DNA of 40,000 nt from Methanoregula sp. UBA471 (GTDB lineage Archaea > Halobacteriota > Methanomicrobia > Methanomicrobiales > Methanospirillaceae): the NCBI GenBank assembly GCA_002495065.1, contig DADT01000031.1, positions 80,996 to 120,995 of the forward strand, given 5' to 3'. Below the pieces are notes generated by a model, which saw only the letters and a list, made by a program, of their open reading frames with translations, made no database searches and was not told the origin of the DNA. A program made the position numbers and the translations under genes. This document shows, piece by piece, positions 17,902 through 26,153 of the stretch. Positions within the stretch are counted from its first letter, which is position 1, and every line of letters begins with the position of its first letter.

Positions 17902-20900
17902 ATGAAATCCCTTCCTCATGGTCTCTATGAACAACTTATCAATACGAATCTCGAAGAAAAACTTCGAGGACAAAGTATCAGCAAGGATACCCTGAAAAAT
18001 TTTGATTCACCAGTTCTTCTCTCTCAATATCTCGGCCCGATCCTGAAAAGGTCTCTCGAATTCTTGGACGGTTCTGAGGGGTCACCATCAGAACAGGTAG
18101 CGTGCTGCAACGAGATTATCCGTCTTCTCGCAAAAATCACGAAGGAAGAGTGTCTTGATCAATGCGTAATTTCTGAAGGCGGAGAAATTCTCCTCTCCAT
18201 CGGTGACGAAAGACTCTCCTCATTCCGGCCCATTACGCCCCTCGCCCAAAGCAGTTTATTTACCGGTTCTTCTCTCGAACCCAGTTTGATTCAAGAGCTG
18301 AAGGCAGAGATTCTGTCCGCCGACCGGATCGACATCCTCGTATCATTCATCAAATGGAGCGGGATCCGGCTTCTTATGGATGAACTCAGGCAGTTTTGTG
18401 ACCAGGGCCGGCTACGTGTCATTACGACCGCTTACACCGGCGCGACAGACATTCGGGCTATCGATTTCCTTTCGTCGCTGCCGAATACCGAAGTCCGGAT
18501 ATCCTATGATACCGCATACACCCGGCTCCATGCAAAAGCCTACTATTTTGAGCGGGACTCCGGGTTTTCCACTGCGTATGTCGGATCATCGAACATCTCG
18601 AATCCCGCGATTACGTCGGGTCTTGAGTGGAATGTAAAACTAACAGAAAAAGACTCCAAACCGTTGATCCGGAAGATCCAGGCTTCGTTTGAGAGTTACT
18701 GGAATGACAGGGAATTTTTGGAATACACAGAGAAAGACAGGGCAACGTTCGAGGAGGCGGTCCGGAAGGAACGAAGAGGAACTGCTGATGAAAGTTCCCC
18801 ATACTTTTTTGACATAACCCCGTTTTCTTTCCAGAAGGAGATCCTCGAACGCTTGCTGGCGGAGCGGACGATACACAACCATTACAAGAATCTCGTTGTT
18901 GCGGCTACGGGGACTGGCAAGACCGTTATATCCTCGTTTGATTTCCGCCGGTTCCGCGAGACGAATCCCCGGTCCCGACTTCTCTTTGTCGCACATCGCG
19001 AAGAGATCCTGAAGCAGAGTCTCTATACCTTCCGGGGAATCCTTAAGGACCAAAACTTCGGTGATATTGCTGTAGCCGGTAAAATTCCTGCGCAGACCGA
19101 TCATGTCTTCATGTCAATCCAGACCTTCAACAGTTCCGGGTTTTCAAAAAGGACTCCTCCCGATTTTTACGATTTCATCATCATCGATGAATTCCATCAT
19201 GCGGCAGCGGCCTCGTACCAGCATCTCCTATCCTATTACCGGCCGAATGTCCTGCTCGGGCTGACGGCCACACCAGAGCGAATGGACAATCTCGACATCC
19301 TGGGATATTTCGATGGCCGGATTGCTGCGGAGATCCGGCTCGCGGAGGCGATTAACCGGAACCTTCTCGCACCCTTCCATTACTTCGGTATCACGGATAC
19401 GGTGAACCTTGATGACGTTGAGTGGTCCCGGGGAAAATACAACCAGGGAATCCTGTCCCTTCGCTATACTGGGAATGATACCCGGGCCGGCCTTATCGCA
19501 GAATCCCTCCGGAAGTATGTCACCGACATCGATGAGATCATGGGCCTCGGGTTCTGCGTGAGTATCGAGCATGCGAACTACATGGCCGGCATCTTCACCC
19601 GGATGGGTATTCCCTCGGTCTCTTTGAGCTCCGAGAGTCCCGATGAAGAGCGGCGAACGGTCCAGCGGCGTCTGCGGGAGAAGGTGATCCGCTTCATCTT
19701 TGTCGTCGATCTGTACAACGAAGGGGTGGACATCCCGGAGATCAACACGATCCTCTTCTTGCGTCCTACTGAGAGCATGACCGTCTTTCTCCAGCAGTTG
19801 GGCCGTGGGCTCCGGCTCTGTCCTGGGAAGGAATGTCTCACGGTGCTGGATTTTGTCGGGCGGCAGAACGCGAACTATCATTTTGATGCAAAATACCGAG
19901 CCTTGGTGGGCGATGCTCATGTACCAATTACCCAGCAGGTCCGAACAAACACCTTCTCTCTCCCCCGGGGTTGTTTCATCACGCTAGAGAAAGTTGCGCA
20001 GCAGACCGTGCTCTCTCACATTGAACAATCGCTTACGAAGCGGAAGGGCCTCGTGCAAAAGATTGCTCGGTTTGAAGTGGAGTCCGGGAAAACGCTGGAG
20101 ATCGGGAATTTTCTTTCGTACTACGATCTTTCGCCCGGGGAAATTTATGGACGGTCGAGTTTCAGGCATCTGTGTGCGAAAGCAGGGTTGTGTCATCCTC
20201 CTTCTCCTGATGAGGAGGACCTTCTCGTTACTGCTGCTCGAAGGTTACTCCCGCTCACTTCCGTCTCTCTTATCCGGTTCATCCGCCGGTTCCTCGCTCA
20301 TCCGGAGGTTTCTTTCACGGATCCTTCACGGGATTCTTTTCTTTCAATGCTCTGGTATTCGTTCCATACCGAGCCGCTTATCACGGATATTGTCTCTGGT
20401 ATGCAACCGTTCCTTTCTCATGAGTGGATGGTTCAGGAGATAGACGGGCTGCTTGGGTACTTGGAGGACAAGACGGAAGTCCTCGAAGGTTCGTTGAATG
20501 TCGGTTTTCCGACCGGACTTTCTCTTCATTGCACCTATTCCCGTGACCAAATCTTTGCGGGTCTCGGCCACTGGACGCTGTCCCGGATGAGCGTTGCCGG
20601 CAAACGTGAGGGAGTGTTGTTTCTCCGGGAGAGGAATCTGGATGTGTTCTTCATCACTCTCAATAAATCCGAGAAGCACTTCTCGCCCTCTACGATGTAC
20701 AACGATTACGCGATCAGCGAGCGGCTCTTTCACTGGCAGTCCCAGAGCACGACATCGGCATCGTCCCCGACCGGGCAGCGGTATGTTAGCGGCTCCAAGG
20801 TTTTGCTGTTTGTCCGGGAGTTTAATAAAATTGGGAATATTTCACAGCCGTTTGTATGTTTAGGGACTGCTCGGTATGTGAGTCATGAGGGTAGCAAGCC

Positions 20901-20973
20901 GATGAGTATTGTGTGGCGGTTGGATGTGGAGATTCCGGCCTGGTTTATGAAGAAGGCGGGGAAGGGGATTTGA
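17902..20973 (+). CDS. PLD-family nuclease / SF2 (DEAH-type) helicase / DUF3427 fusion protein
   Basis: PLD HKD motif HAKAYYF...GSSNIS. Helicase motifs AATGTGKT, DEFHH, TATPER and QQLGRGLR. The C-terminal FFITLNKSEKHFSPSTMYNDYAISERLFHWQSQ is typical of DUF3427. ATG 17902 (MKSLPHGLYEQLIN) is preferred over the track start at 17836. Confidence 0.85.
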   Translation: MKSLPHGLYEQLINTNLEEKLRGQSISKDTLKNFDSPVLLSQYLGPILKRSLEFLDGSEGSPSEQVACCNEIIRLLAKITKEECLDQCVISEGGEILLSIGDERLSSFRPITPLAQSSLFTGSSLEPSLIQELKAEILSADRIDILVSFIKWSGIRLLMDELRQFCDQGRLRVITTAYTGATDIRAIDFLSSLPNTEVRISYDTAYTRLHAKAYYFERDSGFSTAYVGSSNISNPAITSGLEWNVKLTEKDSKPLIRKIQASFESYWNDREFLEYTEKDRATFEEAVRKERRGTADESSPYFFDITPFSFQKEILERLLAERTIHNHYKNLVVAATGTGKTVISSFDFRRFRETNPRSRLLFVAHREEILKQSLYTFRGILKDQNFGDIAVAGKIPAQTDHVFMSIQTFNSSGFSKRTPPDFYDFIIIDEFHHAAAASYQHLLSYYRPNVLLGLTATPERMDNLDILGYFDGRIAAEIRLAEAINRNLLAPFHYFGITDTVNLDDVEWSRGKYNQGILSLRYTGNDTRAGLIAESLRKYVTDIDEIMGLGFCVSIEHANYMAGIFTRMGIPSVSLSSESPDEERRTVQRRLREKVIRFIFVVDLYNEGVDIPEINTILFLRPTESMTVFLQQLGRGLRLCPGKECLTVLDFVGRQNANYHFDAKYRALVGDAHVPITQQVRTNTFSLPRGCFITLEKVAQQTVLSHIEQSLTKRKGLVQKIARFEVESGKTLEIGNFLSYYDLSPGEIYGRSSFRHLCAKAGLCHPPSPDEEDLLVTAARRLLPLTSVSLIRFIRRFLAHPEVSFTDPSRDSFLSMLWYSFHTEPLITDIVSGMQPFLSHEWMVQEIDGLLGYLEDKTEVLEGSLNVGFPTGLSLHCTYSRDQIFAGLGHWTLSRMSVAGKREGVLFLRERNLDVFFITLNKSEKHFSPSTMYNDYAISERLFHWQSQSTTSASSPTGQRYVSGSKVLLFVREFNKIGNISQPFVCLGTARYVSHEGSKPMSIVWRLDVEIPAWFMKKAGKGI

Positions 20974-21030
20974 GGATTTGACGCTCATCGGGGCTCTGCC
21001 CCTTGCGCCGCGTGGGTTTTCCCCCGGGTG
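20965..21030 (+). repeat. dispersed ~55-bp GC-rich repeat, copy D
   Basis: GGGGATTTGAGGATTTGACGCTCATCGGGGCTCTGCCCCTTGCGCCGCGTGGGTTTTCCCCCGGG. It overlaps the stop codon of the helicase gene and ends where the AT-rich island begins. Confidence 0.7.
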
Positions 21031-21053
21031 TAAGCCTCTTCTACTAGGTGTAG

Positions 21054-21830
21054 TTAGAATTTATTTAATTTTTTAATTTTCTCTCTTTCGTATAATTGGC
21101 TACCATCAGATATTAATTCGAAAAGGATATTAATGGCATAGCGGTTTTCGAAGCTTGTTTTTATTTGTGAGACATGGTTTGCGCCTTCACCAGAAATTAA
21201 AAGGGATGGTGCAAAATGGTTCCCTTTTTTCTTTCTTTTATTTTTTCGAAGAAAGTCAGGTTTTAACACATGAACGATTCCAATAAAGCTTCCAATTAGT
21301 TCTGGAAAAGGACTATAATGTTTAGCTTCTGCGAAGGTAATCAAATTCTCATTTGCGATAAAGTAAAATTTTTGTTTTTGATTTTGATAGAAGGATAAAT
21401 TTTGATCTGAAGAGATCTCAGACTGGGTCTGGTCCTCAAAAAAGTGGGAAATTACGATATCAGGAGTAAAAAAAATATTATTATCTGACTTCGATTGAAC
21501 TCGAACATTTTGCCTTATTGAGCAAATAACGGTAAATTTTTTTCCATTTTCTTGATAATCTTTTCTGGCAAGAAAAAAAGAGAAATTATTTGGATTTCCG
21601 GCTGGACTTAACTGATATACAAAATTGCCATTTCCTGAATCTGGATTTATCATGGTTATCTCGAAATCTTGATTTTGGTAAAATCGAACAGCATTATTAT
21701 AACAATTTATTTCGAAATATGTTGCAATCCGACGTACCTGATTATTGAGAACCTGCCCGAAATCTAGTAAATACTGATTGATGTCAACCATGAAATCTGT
21801 TGCTTCCCTAAACGGTGATTTCTCGGTCAT
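21054..21830 (-). CDS. hypothetical protein, candidate PD-(D/E)XK endonuclease
   Basis: FFTPDIVISHF is followed by ITFAEAKHY, a PD...ExK arrangement with longer than usual spacing. The gene has an ATGA overlap with the upstream 135-aa gene. Confidence 0.4.
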   Translation of the reverse strand: MTEKSPFREATDFMVDINQYLLDFGQVLNNQVRRIATYFEINCYNNAVRFYQNQDFEITMINPDSGNGNFVYQLSPAGNPNNFSFFLARKDYQENGKKFTVICSIRQNVRVQSKSDNNIFFTPDIVISHFFEDQTQSEISSDQNLSFYQNQKQKFYFIANENLITFAEAKHYSPFPELIGSFIGIVHVLKPDFLRKNKRKKKGNHFAPSLLISGEGANHVSQIKTSFENRYAINILFELISDGSQLYEREKIKKLNKF

Positions 21831-22234
21831 ATTTTTCTCTCTATCCTTTCAATACTTTTCATGAAATCCTCGATAGCCATATATTCCAAAATTTCAGCCG
21901 GAATGTTATATTTTTCAAGAATTTTTTTAAATTCAATCACCGTTTTGAATAGTTGCTTATTTTTTTCATGATTGAACTGTTTTTTTCCGACTTTTAACCC
22001 ATTTGCGCCAGCATTCATTAAACTATAAGAAAATGAAAGTGTTCCATCAATCGGTTTGATTATTCTTCGATATAATACACCCAAAAAAATCAGGTATTCA
22101 AGTGTTTTTCTCCGAGGTTTTTGTCTTTCTCTTGTTCTTAAAAAAAAATCTAATTCTTTGATTTTAAAATAGTATTCCGGTTCAATCTCCATCCTCAATT
22201 GGGGCGGAATCGATTTCCACAACTCATCATCCAT
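21827..22234 (-). CDS. hypothetical protein
   Basis: 135-aa ORF, 4-nt coupled to 21054..21830. No recognisable motif. Confidence 0.5.
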   Translation of the reverse strand: MDDELWKSIPPQLRMEIEPEYYFKIKELDFFLRTRERQKPRRKTLEYLIFLGVLYRRIIKPIDGTLSFSYSLMNAGANGLKVGKKQFNHEKNKQLFKTVIEFKKILEKYNIPAEILEYMAIEDFMKSIERIERKI

Positions 22235-22488
22235 ATAGGATAAATTAAAATGATCAAATAAATAATTTCGGGATAAGATGAGGAAATTTTTCTTAAATAA
22301 AAAGACGCTCTATGGAAAACCTTTTTTTCTTCGAAGAAAAAACGGCGACCAAAAGATCTAAGGTACAGTGCCTCCTTACTTGGTTATGTTATTAACGATT
22401 AAGGAGGCAAGATAATGTCAGCAAACCGGTATATCAGGTTTGTTGAAATTGTCTTCCGGATTTCCGGATTAAAATCCCAGAGAATCCG

Positions 22489-23076
22489 TCATGATTTAGT
22501 CAATTTTGAAAATTCTGGGACTATTGTCTGTAAATCTACTATCCTCACAGAATTCTGAAAGTCACTGAAATATTCGTTTACTGTAATGTATTTATCCTGA
22601 TATTTTTCAAAAAAAGACGCTGACAGGGCACGATCTTTGGATAAGACACTTTTGAGATCTCGACTGCTATTAAAAAATCGACTCGGATGTTCGATTCCTA
22701 TCACATATAGATATTTTTCAAGATTTCCGCCATTTTCCACAAGATTAAAAAAATCTTTAAAAAGAGAATTTTGTCGTATTGACTCAGGACCACCTCTCCA
22801 TGTTATAAACTTGAATTCCGCAACTCTTTTTGTTGTCTTCAAATCAAATTTTTTCCCGGTATTCCCTGCTCCTAATGATACATATTCGATTTTTTCTTCT
22901 GGTGATAAAATATATGAAAGTGAGACAAGAATTCCCCAGGCATGGATGATGGTGTTAATCTGGCCTACAATATACTTTATCTGAAGCGCTGCTTCAAGGA
23001 CATTTGGATCGAACTGACCTCGTTTCAATTGTTCACTGATTTCAATGAGATTTTTTTTATTGAAGTGAACTTTCAA
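22489..23076 (-). CDS. hypothetical protein, candidate PD-(D/E)XK endonuclease
   Basis: KFDLKTTKRVAEFKFI gives a D-x10-E-x-K arrangement inside a predicted beta-rich core. Confidence 0.4.
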   Translation of the reverse strand: MKVHFNKKNLIEISEQLKRGQFDPNVLEAALQIKYIVGQINTIIHAWGILVSLSYILSPEEKIEYVSLGAGNTGKKFDLKTTKRVAEFKFITWRGGPESIRQNSLFKDFFNLVENGGNLEKYLYVIGIEHPSRFFNSSRDLKSVLSKDRALSASFFEKYQDKYITVNEYFSDFQNSVRIVDLQTIVPEFSKLTKS

Positions 23077-23151
23077 AAACTGAAATTGTTTGACGAAGAT
23101 TGTGATTTATAGACAAATTTTCGATAGTCTCCAATCCATTTGACAAGTTGT

Positions 23152-24075
23152 TCATGATTTATCCTCTATTGATAGTTTTTGCTTTTCTGGTATTAAATCG
23201 CCGAGATCGAATATCTGAATCAACACTAAACCTTCGATTAAGTTGGAATCCGAAAGAGTCTTCACTGGCATCAAACTATTTTCATCGATTTTACTATCCA
23301 AATATGATTTTGAATAAGTCCTAAAATTTATCCCTGTGCGCCAGCTCTTTGGTATTTGTCTTCGGACAAAAATCGCAGCACCAAAGACCGGGCAACGCCA
23401 TTTTGCTGATGCTCCTGCAAAGCCTTTCCTGACAAAATCGACAACTCCCTTCGGACCAATCTCGTTATTCGGAACGAAGTAATGAACATGACTCAAGATT
23501 ACATCCGCTCCTGGGTTCACAAGATTCCACTGTTGTGGTCCATAGGTATCGTAACATATTGCAGGATAGAATCGAACACCGTTTAAGGAAAAAATTCTGG
23601 GTTTTCCGAAATATCCGTGTAAATAATCCGGAGAGAGATGAACCCGCTCTCGCTCTGTTTTGGTTAATACGTGAAACTTTCGACATGTTGCAATAATGCC
23701 GGCCTTATCAACAGCTATTGCAAGCTGGTCGACATCATATCCTTCCTCATCCATTGATCCATCGATCCCAAGACAGACAACAATATGAGCTGGAATTTTT
23801 TTCAAATTTCTTTTGATTTTTCCCTCGATGAATGGGAATAAAAAATCTGCTGGTTCTCTTCCATTGTGAAACCAACCGCCAGGAAACAGGATCACACCAT
23901 CACCTTGAGATTCCGATGAGATCTTGGAAATTATACGAAGAAGAGCCGCCATCCGGTCTTTAATCTGTGTTGCATTTTTTTGCGGACTACTATCGGGAAA
24001 TTTATCGTTAACGGTCTGTAAGGTAACGGTTGCGATCCACAGTTTTTTCTGAAATTCTTGTCGTTCTTTAATCAT
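23152..24075 (-). CDS. carbon-nitrogen hydrolase (nitrilase superfamily)-like protein, divergent
   Basis: The block order matches the C-N hydrolase layout: ...GVILFPGGWF... (the usual FPE Glu is Gly here), CRKFHVL (Lys block) and FYPAICYDTYGPQ (Cys block). The start is taken at Met 24075 to avoid a 62-nt overlap with queC; the track ORF extends to 24162. Confidence 0.45.
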   Translation of the reverse strand: MIKERQEFQKKLWIATVTLQTVNDKFPDSSPQKNATQIKDRMAALLRIISKISSESQGDGVILFPGGWFHNGREPADFLFPFIEGKIKRNLKKIPAHIVVCLGIDGSMDEEGYDVDQLAIAVDKAGIIATCRKFHVLTKTERERVHLSPDYLHGYFGKPRIFSLNGVRFYPAICYDTYGPQQWNLVNPGADVILSHVHYFVPNNEIGPKGVVDFVRKGFAGASAKWRCPVFGAAIFVRRQIPKSWRTGINFRTYSKSYLDSKIDENSLMPVKTLSDSNLIEGLVLIQIFDLGDLIPEKQKLSIEDKS

Positions 24076-24100
24076 GAAATGAAGCGAGTTATCGGAAAGA

Positions 24101-24793
24101 TCACTGATACTGTATGGGATCAACAGCCCCTGCTTCGCTGAATGCTGCCAATCGCTCATCACATGAGCCGCATTTTCCGCACGAGAGTTTTCCGCCTTTA
24201 TAGCAGGTCCACGTCATGGAGTAATCCACTCCTAACAAAATTCCTCGTTTCACGATATCGGCTTTTGTCCAATACAGATAAGGGACCTGAAGGATAACAT
24301 CGTTCCAGTCGCAGAGATGAAATGCCGTGCTCATCGCGCTAACAAACGCCGACCGGCAATCCGGATAAATGGTATGATCCCCCGCATGAGCTGCATAAAA
24401 GATTTCATTTGCTCCGATCCCGATGGCGTAGGAGGCTGCAAGACTCAGAAAAACCATATTACGGTTCGGAACTACTGTTTGTTTCATCGAGTCTTCTGCA
24501 TAATTTCCTTCTGGGACTTCCCATTGATCTCTGGTAAGGCAGGAGGGAGCCAGGTCGTTAAGGACCGATATATCCACGATTTTGTGGGGGATATGTAATT
24601 TTTTACAAATTTTCTTTGCACAGGTAATTTCGTTCTTATGCTTCTGGTTGTAGTCAAACGTGATTGCATGGACTTCGTACTTCTGGCTAATCAGATCATA
24701 TAGGAGTGTTGTGCTATCCATTCCACCGGAGAGAATAAGCACCGCTTTTATCGGTTTTTTTTCATTCATTTTTGGACTCATTTGCGATATCAT
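24101..24793 (-). CDS. queC: 7-cyano-7-deazaguanine (preQ0) synthase QueC
   Basis: PP-loop LILSGGMDS and C-terminal zinc cluster C...CGKCGSCDER at a typical length. Alternative starts at 24781 or 24769 would reduce the overlap with the upstream wHTH gene. Confidence 0.9.
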   Translation of the reverse strand: MISQMSPKMNEKKPIKAVLILSGGMDSTTLLYDLISQKYEVHAITFDYNQKHKNEITCAKKICKKLHIPHKIVDISVLNDLAPSCLTRDQWEVPEGNYAEDSMKQTVVPNRNMVFLSLAASYAIGIGANEIFYAAHAGDHTIYPDCRSAFVSAMSTAFHLCDWNDVILQVPYLYWTKADIVKRGILLGVDYSMTWTCYKGGKLSCGKCGSCDERLAAFSEAGAVDPIQYQ

Positions 24794-25031
24794 TCATGAT
24801 ATCTTCAAAATTCACTATATTTATCCGATAGAATTTTTTTGTACCATTCAATGGATCTTGACGTTTTGAGATATATCCGGATTTTCCAAGTCTTGATAAA
24901 ATTTGTCCCGTGTATCTGTCAGTATGATTTAAGTGTTTTACCGCATTTTGAAATTCGAATTCCTCGTAATTAAATTTTGAAAATAATTTTGAAAGATCTC
25001 TTAACAGGAATTTTTGAATGAAAGCGGCCAT
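24762..25031 (-). CDS. small winged-helix DNA-binding protein (putative regulator)
   Basis: 89 aa. YTGQILSRLGKSGYISKRQDPLNGTKKFYRI resembles a recognition helix plus wing. It is the first gene of the leftward queC operon. Confidence 0.45.
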   Translation of the reverse strand: MAAFIQKFLLRDLSKLFSKFNYEEFEFQNAVKHLNHTDRYTGQILSRLGKSGYISKRQDPLNGTKKFYRINIVNFEDIMNDIANESKNE

Positions 25032-25121
25032 ATTCCTTCAGAGCAAGTTTTATTCGAAAAATACTTATAGTTATGAGTAGTCAAATCATCTATTAGTCTA
25101 ATTATTTGTTAGAGTTTTGTC
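25032..25121. promoter_or_regulatory. divergent promoter region between the wHTH-queC operon and the TGT-like operon
   Basis: 90-bp AT-rich spacer between divergently oriented start codons. Individual TATA/BRE elements were not resolved. Confidence 0.35.
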
Positions 25122-26153
25122 ATGCTGTCTACATTGAAAACAATCGAAACACCTCATGGAAATATAGAGACTCCTTGTTTTTTCCCGGTATTCCATATTA
25201 ATAAAAGAGGTTCAGGATCCTGCCCGAAATACTGGAATGAAATTCCTGAACAGAAATCTATGCTGCTGAATGCATATGCGATAAAAAAATCCGAAAAGTT
25301 TAAACGAATTCTTTCGGGTGGCCTTGAAAATTATCTTCATTTCAAGGGAATTTTTTTTGTTGATAGCGGGGGACTACAAAGTCGGCTCTATAATATTCAG
25401 ATGGACCCTATTGAGATGCTCAGAATCCAGGAGAAAATAGGGGCAGATATTGCGGCCACATTAGATTTGCCTGTTCTTGTTAACGACAATATTTCTGCTT
25501 TCAATCACGCTGAACAGATTAAAACTACTGTCCGAAATGCAGTAACTGCATTGGAAAACCGTGAGCGCGAGGACATGCGCTTGTACGCTGTCATTCATGG
25601 TAATGATATCAAAGTCATGATCAATACAATCGACTATCTGAAAAAAAAAGGAGATTTTGATGGATATGCAATTGGGGGATTGATCTTCAAGCGATCAGAT
25701 TTTCGGACTTTGATAGATCTGATTATCGCTCTTCGAAAAAGAGCAGGTGAAAAACCACTCCATGTTTTTGGACTGGGGGGACCACTCATGATCCCCTTAT
25801 TGACCTATCTCGGTGTCGATTCTTTTGATTCGTCTTCTTATCTTTCCGCAGGTTCAAACCGTGTATATTTTGCCCCGGAATATGGTTCCTTCGAATTCCA
25901 GGAAATAAAACCTCTGCAGGTGCTTCCATGTGTTTGTCCGGTATGCAGTAAGAACACATTTGAAGAAATCCGTTCCCAAAGAAGGTTGATTGGTATGCAT
26001 AATTTGTGGATGATTGCGTATGAGTTACGGAAATTGAAGATGCACATTCAGGAAAATGATCTGGAACCTTATCTCGATTATAGATTCATGAATAACCCTC
26101 TCATTAAAGTTGCTTTCAAATATGCAAAAGGAAGAGTCAGGGGATTTGTATGA
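25122..26153 (+). CDS. TGT-family guanine transglycosylase, catalytic domain only (DpdA-like candidate DNA-guanine transglycosylase)
   Basis: HGNIETPCFFPV, the catalytic-Asp block FFVDSGGLQ, AIGGL, FGLGGP, VDSFDSSSY, and the zinc site CVCPVCS...HNLW. At 343 aa there is no C-terminal PUA or C1/C2 tRNA-binding extension. Confidence 0.75.
   Translation: MLSTLKTIETPHGNIETPCFFPVFHINKRGSGSCPKYWNEIPEQKSMLLNAYAIKKSEKFKRILSGGLENYLHFKGIFFVDSGGLQSRLYNIQMDPIEMLRIQEKIGADIAATLDLPVLVNDNISAFNHAEQIKTTVRNAVTALENREREDMRLYAVIHGNDIKVMINTIDYLKKKGDFDGYAIGGLIFKRSDFRTLIDLIIALRKRAGEKPLHVFGLGGPLMIPLLTYLGVDSFDSSSYLSAGSNRVYFAPEYGSFEFQEIKPLQVLPCVCPVCSKNTFEEIRSQRRLIGMHNLWMIAYELRKLKMHIQENDLEPYLDYRFMNNPLIKVAFKYAKGRVRGFV

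Noticed and set aside
18380-20733. Several nested ORFs (for example 19228..19920 and 18640..19104 on the minus strand, and 19994..20443 on the plus strand) within the PLD-helicase-DUF3427 gene.
   Set aside because: They carry no motifs and have biased composition, while the host frame shows an uninterrupted series of helicase and PLD motifs.
6364-21030. Interpretation of the ~55-bp repeats as integron attC sites. Copy A contains GTTTAAC, which matches RYYYAAC.
   Set aside because: The AAC core is not conserved in the other copies, no complementary GTTRRRY core was found at the far end, there is no extended imperfect palindrome, and no intI-like gene is in the window.
22415-22558. 47-codon ORF with a strong SD-like sequence (AAGGAGG) in the gap between the nuclease-like cassettes.
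   Set aside because: It is short, overlaps the 3' end of the opposite-strand 195-aa gene and has no recognisable features. I kept only the associated hairpin, as a low-interest finding.
24101-26153. QueC plus a TGT-like protein as the accessory pair of type IV CBASS, or QueC-like QatC of the QatABCD system.
   Set aside because: No CD-NTase-like (GS...DxD polymerase-beta fold), OGG-like, TatD-like or QatA/B-like ORF was recognised nearby. QueC looks fully canonical and is accompanied by QueD, which points to real preQ0 biosynthesis. This should still be checked with HMMs.
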